A DNA stretch of 64,000 nt. Origin: an uncultured Acidobacteriota bacterium. GTDB lineage: Bacteria > Acidobacteriota > Terriglobia > Acidiferrales > UBA7541. The stretch is from assembly GCA_963833345.1 (NCBI GenBank), contig CAWHXI010000001.1:438025-502024 (forward strand). The letters run 5' to 3'. This document shows positions 1 through 8,639 of the stretch, piece by piece; position 1 is the first letter of the stretch; every line of letters starts with the position of its first letter. The notes below the pieces were generated by a model. It made no database searches. It had not been told where the DNA came from and saw nothing but the letters and a program-made list of their open reading frames with translations. The position numbers and the translations under genes were made by a program.

Positions 1-911
1 CGGTGCTGGGCATTGTGCTGCCAGTTATTCCCGGCGTTGGCAGGAAGCGTTGTTGGCCGGTTGTTTACGTTGACCCGATTGATGTTCACGGAATTATAGT
101 GTCTGACGTAATTGTTGTTGCGGTTGACGATAATGGTCGTGTGCCGTCCCCATCCGCAGTTGTAGCCCCATCCGCCGCGGTAATACGATCCCACCGCAAT
201 GCCCACGCCAAACGCAAAAAACATCCCCGCTGCGTAATACGAAGGTGGAGGGTAATAAATGGGTGGATACGGATATATCGGCGGCCCGTAAACAACGACG
301 GGGTTGTATGTGGGCACATAAACAATCTGGGGGTTTGCCGGCTGAATCACTACCACTGTTTTGCTTTCGACCGTTTGCGTTTCTACTTTCATCTGCTCAT
401 TGGTCTTCAGCTTCCCGGCATCCATTGCCTTCGTGCGCATGCGTTGCACCGCGTCCATGACATCGGACTGTTGCGCTAGGAAAGCGTTTCCAAGGTCCGT
501 GGTCCACTTAATGTCATCGGACAGACGCTTGACCAGGTCCGGAAAAACAGACATGGCCTGAATACTGGGGTCCCAATCCTGTTTCTGAACAGCGGTTGTC
601 AAGGCATCGCCGGTGAGGCCGGGATTTTTCTGGATCCATTGCTGCAGTTGGATGAGTTCCAGTGGATAAGTGGAAGCCACCAGGACTTGGGTCAGCAGCG
701 GGTCCGGATAGAGCGCGATGGGCGCGACCAGAGAATCCAGTTGGTCAGCGGGAATTGCCGGAGCTGCTTGATCTCCTGGCGCATTTTGCAGTGGCATAGG
801 CTGAGCGAAGACCGCGGTATCTCCTGGGGCGAGCGCTATCACGCAGAGAATTGCCACAAGACTCTGACCTATTCTCATGCGGAATTTTTTTCGAAGCGGT
901 TTTGTGGTCAT
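1..911 (-). CDS. DUF3300 family secreted protein (partial; C-terminus lies beyond the left window edge)
   Basis: My own reverse-complement translation from ATG 911..909 gives MTTKPLRKKFRMRIGQSLVAILCVIALAPG...DQLDSLVAPIALYPDPLLTQVLVASTYPLELIQLQQW...VIQPANPQIVYVPTYNP... and stays open to position 1. It is not in the supplied ORF track. It is collinear with the paralog at 52462..53517 (LVAPIALYPDALVAQILAASTYPTQIVEADRW). Confidence 0.8.
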   Translation of the reverse strand, partial: MTTKPLRKKFRMRIGQSLVAILCVIALAPGDTAVFAQPMPLQNAPGDQAAPAIPADQLDSLVAPIALYPDPLLTQVLVASTYPLELIQLQQWIQKNPGLTGDALTTAVQKQDWDPSIQAMSVFPDLVKRLSDDIKWTTDLGNAFLAQQSDVMDAVQRMRTKAMDAGKLKTNEQMKVETQTVESKTVVVIQPANPQIVYVPTYNPVVVYGPPIYPYPPIYYPPPSYYAAGMFFAFGVGIAVGSYYRGGWGYNCGWGRHTTIIVNRNNNYVRHYNSVNINRVNVNNRPTTLPANAGNNWQHNAQH

Positions 912-1647
912 AGTTTTTAACACCTTTTTGATCGTTCTGTTCCGATGGAAGAGCTAACCGATCCAAGTTCCCCTGCCGCAATTCAAAGCCTGACGGTAAC
1001 CAGCCGAGTCAGCTCCAGCATGGCCTTCTTCTTTTCTCGCTACACCGTCGGGAGCAATTGTTTGTGTATATATATTATATTGTTCGGCCCGTACACCTGC
1101 ATTCCATATGGCCACCGAACAAATTTGTCCAATTGCGCGAACCACGCTTTTATAGCTTCAGCGAGCGATTGCTGACACTGGCAAAACTAACAGAGCACCG
1201 CCAATACAAGGCTCACGAAAACCATCGGAACTTCCGTCGCCTTTTCGTAAATCCGCAAAAAGACTGAAAAAACTGAATTCTCCGCGCTTACTGATCTGAA
1301 CTTCACCATGGGGAGAGGGGTCTGTCACTTTTGCCAGTTCCCCCGCATGTGAGCAGCCCCTATGTTAGCGAGTGACGGAAAACCGAGAACCCGCAAAGAA
1401 GCGGGGCTCACTCGTGAAGGGAACTGCAGTTCGCCCCTTCTGGGTCTCTTTTCTGGGTCCTCGGACCAGGCAGGGCTTATGAGAAAGATTGGAGCGGCAA
1501 GTTTCGAAGCGCCGGCGGGCGAGTATTCGCGACCTCCGTAGGTGCAATGCGCCTGATCAGTAGATGGGACTCCCTGGCTGGCTTTTCAGGTCGCTGCGGG
1601 AGTGGGAGCGTGGCTGTAAATTGGGTTCTCGAATAAAAATCTAGAAA

Positions 1648-2304
1648 ATGAGGAGAAAAGAAATGAAGATCAGGAGTGCATTTGTTCTGGGAATGGTTCT
1701 GTTGTTCGGAAGTGCGGCATTTGCTCAGGATTTCCCGAAGCTTGAAACTTCACCGGCATTCATGTACATCCGCACCCCTACTTCCTTCACGATCCCGGTG
1801 GGAAGTCCGGTGGGGGTTGCGGGCACGAGCTTTAGCGAAAGCTTTAACTGTGCTGGCGGTGGGGGCACGATCGCCTACAACGTGAGCAGTGTGGTCGGCA
1901 TAGCTGCTGACTTGGGTGGTTGCAAATATTTTGGGAATAACATCCCCGCCTTGAGTGCAAAACTTAGCGGGAGTGATTTTACCTATATGTTCGGGCCGCG
2001 GTTTACCTATCGAAACAGCAGCAAGTTCCAGCCATTTTTCGAGGTGAATTTCGGCGGGAATCGCCTCAAACTCAGTTGCAACAACAACACTGCGTGCAAC
2101 GGCACCTCTTATTCCAAGAATGCCTTCGCCTTGACGGCGGGAGGCGGATTTGACATCAAGCTGAACAAAAAATTCGCCATACGACTCATCCAGGCCGAAT
2201 ATCTATACACCCGCTTCGGCAATAACTGCCAGTTAGTACTCTGCAGCAACAACAACAATCAGAACAGCTTTCGGTTGAAGAGTGGGCTCGTGGTTGCTTG
2301 GTAA
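1648..2304 (+). CDS. outer-membrane beta-barrel protein (OmpA-like barrel/porin family)
   Basis: Signal peptide MKIRSAFVLGMVLLFGSAAFAQ, alternating beta-strand pattern and a C-terminal aromatic residue (..LVVAW). GAGGAG-like RBS lies upstream; the ATG at 1660 is the likely start. Confidence 0.7.
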   Translation: MRRKEMKIRSAFVLGMVLLFGSAAFAQDFPKLETSPAFMYIRTPTSFTIPVGSPVGVAGTSFSESFNCAGGGGTIAYNVSSVVGIAADLGGCKYFGNNIPALSAKLSGSDFTYMFGPRFTYRNSSKFQPFFEVNFGGNRLKLSCNNNTACNGTSYSKNAFALTAGGGFDIKLNKKFAIRLIQAEYLYTRFGNNCQLVLCSNNNNQNSFRLKSGLVVAW

Positions 2305-3227
2305 AGTCGAAGCGTCCACCCAAAGTTTGTTTGGGCGTGCGCACTAGAATCCGTACAGGAACGTGGTACGGCGAAAGGCTCCGCCGGTGCGCCGCCAACT
2401 CTGGCTCTTTCAAGGTTGGCGGCGAGCCGCGTAATCACACAAAAAAGGCGGGAGCCTTCCGCACCGGTCGTGGCTGATTGGTTGTTTTTCCTCGCACCCG
2501 GAATTTCGGGGGCATCCTTGTTTTCCCAGTTGGAGGGTCTCACTGGTACTTTTGACAATTCACAAGGAATCGGCACATGCACTAATGTCGATTCACTTGA
2601 ACCGCGAGGGGATCCGGCTTGAGAGACCAACCTCCCTCCGATAGCGGGGCGTATGTTGCCTCGGCTTTCTCTCACATGTTGCCGGGTCCCCCTCCGAATT
2701 TAGGCCAAACAGAAATCACAACGAGTCAACCACCGGGCCGCGCACGCGCAATCGATTTTGCTGGAGTCCATCCTCGCCGGGTCCGACATCCTGTCACTAA
2801 TGACAGTATCGCGTTAGGTGGTGGATCGCTAACTTGGGGCACTTTGGTGCGGATTCGTTTCGCCTTCCTGGGAAACGTTCAACCGTTTCGGTCGGAATCC
2901 GCGCGGATTTTCTTGCTTCGAGCAAGAACAGCCAATTGTGAGCTTCACATGCACGGACGAAGAGAAGAGCCCCCCATGAATTTGATTCGAGTCTGGTGTG
3001 AGACTCGTCTTCAGATCGCGGACGCTAGCTTGAGTTTTATCGCTTGCATACTAGGTGCCCTGGCGGGGATCAGGTTCAGAGGCTTCTACAAACTTCGTCC
3101 ACGAGTGGCCAGGAGCTTCAAGGGCCAATCCGCAGCCTGGAAGAGAACGAGAACCTTCGCTCAACTACCCCTGACAGTCTCACCCCAAGGGGCGCAGGCA
3201 ATTACCGTGTTTGTGGGGAGGTAGAAT

Positions 3228-3860
3228 TTGGGTCGCCCTCGTGTACTGCTCGCTGATGACCATCTCATGCTGGTCGAAGCGCTCAAGAAAGTATTGGAAG
3301 TTGAATATGACGTTGTAGGTTCGGTCGGTGATGGGCTTGCACTTTTGAATGCTGCCGAAAAGCTACGGCCCGACGTCGTCGTACTCGACATTGCCATGCC
3401 CCTCTTGAACGGCCTCGACGCTGGTCGACAGCTGCGACACAATTTTCCCTCCGTAAAACTCGTTTTCCTGACAATGAATGAAGATCCATACCTGGTAGGT
3501 GAGGCTTTTCGCGCCGGAGCTTCCGCGTACTTGCTCAAGCAGGGAGCAGCATTGGAGCTTACCAAGGCAATCTCCGATGTCCTGAAAGGTTTGACCTACG
3601 TAACGCCGTGTATTGCGGGGGGGCTGGCCAACATCTCATTGCTCGACCCCGAAGCTCGTGAGCAAGCCCCCCAACCGACGGCCCGGCAGCGCCAGGTCAT
3701 TCAGCTATTGGCAGAAGGGCGCTCGATGAAGGAGATAGCGGACTTGCTGCACATTACCATGCGGACTGTCGCCTCGCACAAATATCGCGTAATGGAAATC
3801 CTGCAGATCAAGACCAGCGCCGAACTTGTACGCTATGCCGTTAAGCACAGAATCGTTTGA
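3228..3860 (+). CDS. NarL/LuxR-family response regulator (REC + LuxR HTH)
   Basis: Receiver motifs RVLLADDH...DVVVLDIAMPLLNG...FLTM, then LTARQRQVIQLLAEGRSMKEIADLLHITMRTVASHK (LuxR-type HTH). TTG start. Confidence 0.9.
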   Translation: MGRPRVLLADDHLMLVEALKKVLEVEYDVVGSVGDGLALLNAAEKLRPDVVVLDIAMPLLNGLDAGRQLRHNFPSVKLVFLTMNEDPYLVGEAFRAGASAYLLKQGAALELTKAISDVLKGLTYVTPCIAGGLANISLLDPEAREQAPQPTARQRQVIQLLAEGRSMKEIADLLHITMRTVASHKYRVMEILQIKTSAELVRYAVKHRIV

Positions 3861-4056
3861 AACTGTTCATGCACGGCGAGCTGCTTCACACGATAGTTGA
3901 ACTACTCGGCTGTAGTCCGTTTGTCTCCCGCAACCGGTTCTAGCAAGTTCCGCCTTGGGCAAGATCACCGCATCCTCCAAGTGGAGTTTCATGGACGCAA
4001 CACTGTGACCGACTGCAAGAGGCTGTCATTTTTGACAGGTTCGTCTCCCGTCTCCT

Positions 4057-4072
4057 TGGCACAGTATCAGCA
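4057..4072 (+). promoter_or_regulatory. candidate sigma-54 (-24/-12) promoter upstream of the sulfatase gene
   Basis: TGGCACAGTATCAGCA: the GG and GC dinucleotides have the canonical spacing of TGGCACG-N4-TTGCW. About 90 nt upstream of ATG 4160. Confidence 0.35.
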
Positions 4073-4156
4073 TATATGTAAGGAGTTCGTCGCACTCTTC
4101 CGTGCAGGATTCCGCCGCATTGTTTTTGTTCCCGGGAACAAAGGACAAGGAGGAGT

Positions 4157-5767
4157 TTGATGAAGTGCATCGGAAAGCAAGCTCTTGTTGTTGCAGTATT
4201 CTTCACAGTTATAGGGTTAGTAGCGCCGCCCTCCGCCTCGGCGCAGGCCAAGAAACCCAATATCCTCGTCATCTTTGGTGACGATATCGGTTATTCCAAC
4301 ATCAGCGCCTACAACCTGGGCCTGATGGGCTACCGAACGCCGAATATCGACCGTGTAGCGCAACAGGGCGCCCTCTTTACTGACTATTACGCACAACAGA
4401 GCTGCACTGCGGGCCGAGCTGCCTTCATTACTGGACAGAGTCCGTTCCGTACCGGGCTGTTGAAAGTCGGGCTCCCCGGCGCTGAGCTCGGGTTGCAGCC
4501 CCAGGATCCTACGATTGCTGATTTGCTGAAGGGCCGTGGTTACATGACCTTCCAGAACGGTAAAAATCATTTGGGCGACCGGAATGAATTTTTCCCCACG
4601 GTGCACGGTTTTGATGAATTCTTCGGCAATTTCTATCACCTGAATGCCGAAGAAGAGCCGGAGAACGTGGACTACCCGAAGAACCCTGCGTTTATGGCCA
4701 AATTTGGGCCGCGAGGTGTCTACAAGTGCAAGGCCACCGCAACAGAGAATCCAGCACCGCCCGATCCCCGTTTTGGTCCTTGGGGCAAGCAGACCTGTGA
4801 AGACACTGGCCCTCTGACCAAGCTGCGCATGGAAACGGCGGATGAAGAGTTTCTCGCGGTAACATTGGACGATATGGATCGCTCTGTAAAAGCGGGCAAG
4901 CCATTCTTCATCTGGCATAACACTACTCGCATGCATATCTGGACCCATCTCCAGCCAAAGTACCAGGCTATGATTCCGGAGAAGGGTCTCTACGGCGCGG
5001 GCATGACGGAATTCGATGACAACATCGGTGTGTTGTTAAAAAAGCTGGACGATTTAGGTATAGCCGACAACACCATCGTCATCATCACTACCGATAACGG
5101 CGCCGAGACGTTTTCCTGGCCCGACGGTGGTACAACCCCATTCCGCGGCGAGAAAAACACCAACTGGGAAGGTGGCTACCGCGTGCCTATGGTCGTTCGC
5201 TGGCCAGGCCTGATCAAACCTGGGACTATAATCAACGATATTTGCGCTCACGAGGATTGGGCTGCCACGCTCCTGGCGGCGGCAGGCGAACCCGATGTTA
5301 CCCAAAAGCTTCTGACGGGCTACCAGTCAAACGGGAAAACCTTCAAAGTCCATCTGGATGGCTACAACCTTATGGATATGCTAGCCGGCAAGGCGCCCGG
5401 GCCGCGCAAGGAGTTCTTCTACTGGACCGATGACGGCGATTTCGCGGGTCTTAGGTACGACAAATGGAAACTCGTTTTCCTGGATCAGCGTGTGCATGGA
5501 TTTGGCGTGTGGAGTGAGCCCTTAGTTGTTCTGCGCGTTCCTTTGATTGAAGACCTCCGTGCCGATCCCTATGAACGGGCCACTTATGAAGCTTCTGACT
5601 ACGACCATTGGATGATTGACCGCATTTACCTCCTCGTTCCGGCGCAGGCGTTCGTCGGGAAGTTCCTGATGACGTTCAAGGAATTCCCCCCGCGCCAGTC
5701 ACCTGCGAGCTTCAGTCTGGACCAGGTGATGCAGAAACTGCGTGAGGGTGTCCAGTCAAATAACTAA
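4157..5767 (+). CDS. arylsulfatase (formylglycine-dependent sulfatase family), secreted
   Basis: Signal peptide, then NILVIFGDDIGYSN...SCTAGRAAFITGQ (C-x-A-x-R FGly motif)...TTDNGAE. AGGAG RBS precedes ATG 4160, which is the likely true start. Confidence 0.9.
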   Translation: MMKCIGKQALVVAVFFTVIGLVAPPSASAQAKKPNILVIFGDDIGYSNISAYNLGLMGYRTPNIDRVAQQGALFTDYYAQQSCTAGRAAFITGQSPFRTGLLKVGLPGAELGLQPQDPTIADLLKGRGYMTFQNGKNHLGDRNEFFPTVHGFDEFFGNFYHLNAEEEPENVDYPKNPAFMAKFGPRGVYKCKATATENPAPPDPRFGPWGKQTCEDTGPLTKLRMETADEEFLAVTLDDMDRSVKAGKPFFIWHNTTRMHIWTHLQPKYQAMIPEKGLYGAGMTEFDDNIGVLLKKLDDLGIADNTIVIITTDNGAETFSWPDGGTTPFRGEKNTNWEGGYRVPMVVRWPGLIKPGTIINDICAHEDWAATLLAAAGEPDVTQKLLTGYQSNGKTFKVHLDGYNLMDMLAGKAPGPRKEFFYWTDDGDFAGLRYDKWKLVFLDQRVHGFGVWSEPLVVLRVPLIEDLRADPYERATYEASDYDHWMIDRIYLLVPAQAFVGKFLMTFKEFPPRQSPASFSLDQVMQKLREGVQSNN

Positions 5768-6062
5768 AGCGCTCCTTACGTCCGTCACCCGACGGCAAAC
5801 TTCTAACAGGTTCCGCCTTTGCTTCGGACGACTGGAATTTAATGTCCCCTGTTCCGGAAGCCCGGCGCAGTTTACATCGCGAGAGCCCTCGGGTTGCAAT
5901 CTGAAGAGTGATACCGGCTCCAGATCAGTGCCGGATGGAGGTCTTTTAGTTTTTCACCCAAGGGGATCCCGGGTGCCGCTCGACTCCGGCAATCACTTGA
6001 TTTCCAGGTTTCTCCACGGTGATCGGCGCTTCAAAAACCGTGGCAATCGTAGGAGTCAAACA

Positions 6063-7127
6063 ATGACCGCTCCCATTTCTACATTTCTTCGCGCGGGCAG
6101 TCTTTGCTCCCTCGCGCTTCTCTTGGCTTGCCTCTCATCTCCGGCTCAGGGAGAACGAAAAGACGTGGTCGTCATGAAAAATGGCGACCGTCTAACCGGG
6201 AAGGTAAAACGCCTGCAAAACGGCTTGTTGTTCGTCGAGATGCCATACGCGTCGGGTAATATCGGCCTGGATTGGGATCAAGTGGACTCTGTCCAAAGCA
6301 CTGCAACCTTCCAAATCATCTTAAACAACGGGCAAAGGCTTGAGGGTACCATTGAAAAAATCTCGGGTGAAAAAGCGAAGAATGAGGATTTTCTGATTCA
6401 CGAAGCCACCGAGGAAGTTGAGGTCCCCTCCACTTCCATCGCGAATATCGACCAGAAAAAACCCACATTCTGGCGACAGTTGCAGGGCAACATCGATTTC
6501 GGCTACAGCTTTGCGAGTGGAAATAGTCAGTCCACATTGAACTCGGATACTAGCGCAGCCTACAAAACCAAGGCATGGCAGGCCACGACTTCTTTCGATT
6601 CGACGTTTAGCGGCCAGTCGGGAGCCTCCAGCACTAATCGCGAAGATCTCCAGGCAACGCTCACCAAGTTCTTGAATAGAGATTCTTTCGTTGCTGGTAT
6701 ATCCGATTTTCTTCACAGCAGCCGGCAAGACTTGAATCTGCGCACCACCCTTGGTGGCGGTTATGGACGATTTCTGAAGCGTACGACCAGCAGCAACCTC
6801 GCCTGGCTGGGCGGCGTCGTTTACATTCATGAGTCCTTCGACACCACTGCCGGTCAACCATCGGGCCAGAGTATGGAGGGCGTGTTGGGATTGCAGTACA
6901 GCTATATTCGTTTCAACCTGGGCGAACTCGACTCTCAGTTGCGAATATATCCGGGACTGACGGATTCCGGTCGCGTGCGTCTAACCACAAATAATTCACT
7001 CTCGATCAAACTAAGAAACAATTTTTACCTCCTTTTCACGTTCTGGGATAACTTCGATAGTCGGCCGCCCGCGACGGCCAGAAAAAACGAGCTCGGCACG
7101 AGTACGGGGGTTGGCTGGTCCTTTTAG
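6063..7127 (+). CDS. DUF481-like outer-membrane beta-barrel protein
   Basis: In-frame ATG at 6063 gives signal peptide MTAPISTFLRAGSLCSLALLLACLSSPAQG. Followed by the VVMKNGDRLTGKV motif, a Ser/Thr/Gly-rich beta-strand region and a terminal ..GVGWSF. The longer 5742 start looks like a spurious extension. Confidence 0.6.
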   Translation: MTAPISTFLRAGSLCSLALLLACLSSPAQGERKDVVVMKNGDRLTGKVKRLQNGLLFVEMPYASGNIGLDWDQVDSVQSTATFQIILNNGQRLEGTIEKISGEKAKNEDFLIHEATEEVEVPSTSIANIDQKKPTFWRQLQGNIDFGYSFASGNSQSTLNSDTSAAYKTKAWQATTSFDSTFSGQSGASSTNREDLQATLTKFLNRDSFVAGISDFLHSSRQDLNLRTTLGGGYGRFLKRTTSSNLAWLGGVVYIHESFDTTAGQPSGQSMEGVLGLQYSYIRFNLGELDSQLRIYPGLTDSGRVRLTTNNSLSIKLRNNFYLLFTFWDNFDSRPPATARKNELGTSTGVGWSF

Positions 7128-7406
7128 ATACCCTGCCAGTCCGCTAGAGGCCTTTCGTTGCCTTCAGAATCCCCGCTAAGTGGGAGCACAGTCGCGCCGC
7201 ACGACGTCCGCGGCAAGAATTTCTGATTTCGGCCACGAACTGGATGGTTTTCTATTGCAAGATTGGAGAATTTACTTGGCGTTGCAGACGGGATGAACCG
7301 AGCTAAAGTTGGAAAGCTAATCAACGCAGAAAATATCGAAGCCTCAATGCGGCCGATGTGAGAATGCTTCTCAGCGAACAACGTAGAAAATCACGTCGGC
7401 TGTCTT

Positions 7407-8060
7407 TCAAGGCTTCCGGCTGATGACGTTTTCTTTTTCCAGCGCATCGATTACGACCTTAACCAGCCCCTTAATCGCCTTCATCGGCGAATTGCCATCA
7501 AAAGTATTCGTGGTTCCCGTCCAAACGAGTTCTCCGTCTGGCTTTGCCGTGGCGTAAAAATTTGTCTCCACCTGCGCAAGTTTCTCTTTCTCCATATATC
7601 CAGGGGAATAGACCAGGGGAGACACGGCGCTGTAATACCCGTAAAAATTCCCATAAAGAGGATACGGATTGTAAACCTCGCCGGGCACGTAGGTGGTCTT
7701 CACCTGTGCTTTGGTCAATCGCGCCACGACGATTGCATCAAACTTCTGTTCCTGTATCAGCTCTTTCAAATCTTTCATGTCGATGGGCGTCGCGTTGGGA
7801 CGTGGCAGAAACACATAACTCTGTGTGGCCTGAACTCCCGGCCTGGCGATCGCCGCGACCAGCTCATCCTCGAATTCCGCGCGGTTCTCTGCCTTGCCGT
7901 TCAGGGCCAGCACGAGAATGTTGCTAAAGTGAGTCGTCCCCGAATAGTCCGGATTCTTCCAGCTCAGCAGCAATTTCGGGGAACTAGCCGCCAAGATCGC
8001 GGGGATGGCGAGTGCGGCCGCGATTAAAAGTGATCGTCGTCTCAAAGTCATTCCTCCCAC
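7407..8060 (-). CDS. hypothetical secreted protein
   Basis: 217-aa ORF with signal peptide (LRRRSLLIAAALAIPAILAAS). I do not recognise any family motif. Confidence 0.5.
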   Translation of the reverse strand: MGGMTLRRRSLLIAAALAIPAILAASSPKLLLSWKNPDYSGTTHFSNILVLALNGKAENRAEFEDELVAAIARPGVQATQSYVFLPRPNATPIDMKDLKELIQEQKFDAIVVARLTKAQVKTTYVPGEVYNPYPLYGNFYGYYSAVSPLVYSPGYMEKEKLAQVETNFYATAKPDGELVWTGTTNTFDGNSPMKAIKGLVKVVIDALEKENVISRKP

Positions 8061-8639
8061 TAGCTTTGTTTAATTCCTTGCGGCCAGAGCGTCCCCCGTT
8101 TACTGGTAACGACCGAGTTTAGCTCGCTGTTTGGGAGCGTGGGCTCAGCCTGTCCCCATTATCTGCGCAACTTCCCGGGCTAAGCCCTTTTGAATCATGG
8201 ATCAACGCGCGAGAGTCGTTGAAGTTACTGTAGCCTACCTCTGTTACGCGTCGACGCACACTGTCAAAACTTACAGACTCTTAACCGGCATCTTTTGGGG
8301 GCGTACCCTCAGTCGCGGAAAGCCCGCCACGGCTGCCGGCGGCGATTTATATCGTGGCGGTGAAGTCCCGAAGCGTATATGATTTGCAACATCCGCTGTG
8401 GTTAACGCGTCTCCGGGTTCAGGTGGCGCTTGCATCCTGAAGAAGAACGTCAAAATGCACAAAAACCTCAGCCCCGATTGCACTTGCAGTCCAGCATCAT
8501 CCCCCGTGGGATTGTTCTCCCCAGCCCTGCGGTTTGTCCTGTCATCGCTCTGCCTTGCCATAAGGGTCAACGCCAGCGCGTTACTTCTCTGCTTGGCAGC
8601 GTATTCGTGGCTAGACGCTTTCGCACAGTCGAGGTCCGA

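Noticed and set aside
975-995. Minus-strand CAGGCTTTGAATTGCGG as a sigma-54 promoter for the edge DUF3300 gene
   Set aside because: The GG-to-GC spacing is one base too short, and sigma-54 promoters are intolerant of spacing changes.
1055-1090. AT-rich island TGTTTGTGTATATATATTATATTG (contains TATAAT on the minus strand) as the promoter of the DUF3300 gene
   Set aside because: There is no acceptable -35 element at 16-18 nt. The composition is striking in GC-rich DNA, but the evidence is too weak to call a promoter.
1360-1450. Structured leader ~250 nt upstream of the OMP gene (GAGTGACGGAAAACCGAGAACCCGCAAAGAAGCGGGGCTCACTC), considered as a c-di-GMP-I (GEMM) riboswitch
   Set aside because: It lacks the GGCAAACC and ACGCAAAGC core and the second-helix features of GEMM-I. 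Only a generic nested hairpin remains. A covariance-model scan could settle this.
2619-3224. 201-aa plus-strand ORF (and 2259..2675 minus) in the gap before the NarL-type regulator
   Set aside because: No RBS and Arg/Pro/Gly-biased composition without recognisable motifs. I treat the region as non-coding, while noting that the gap is unusually long.
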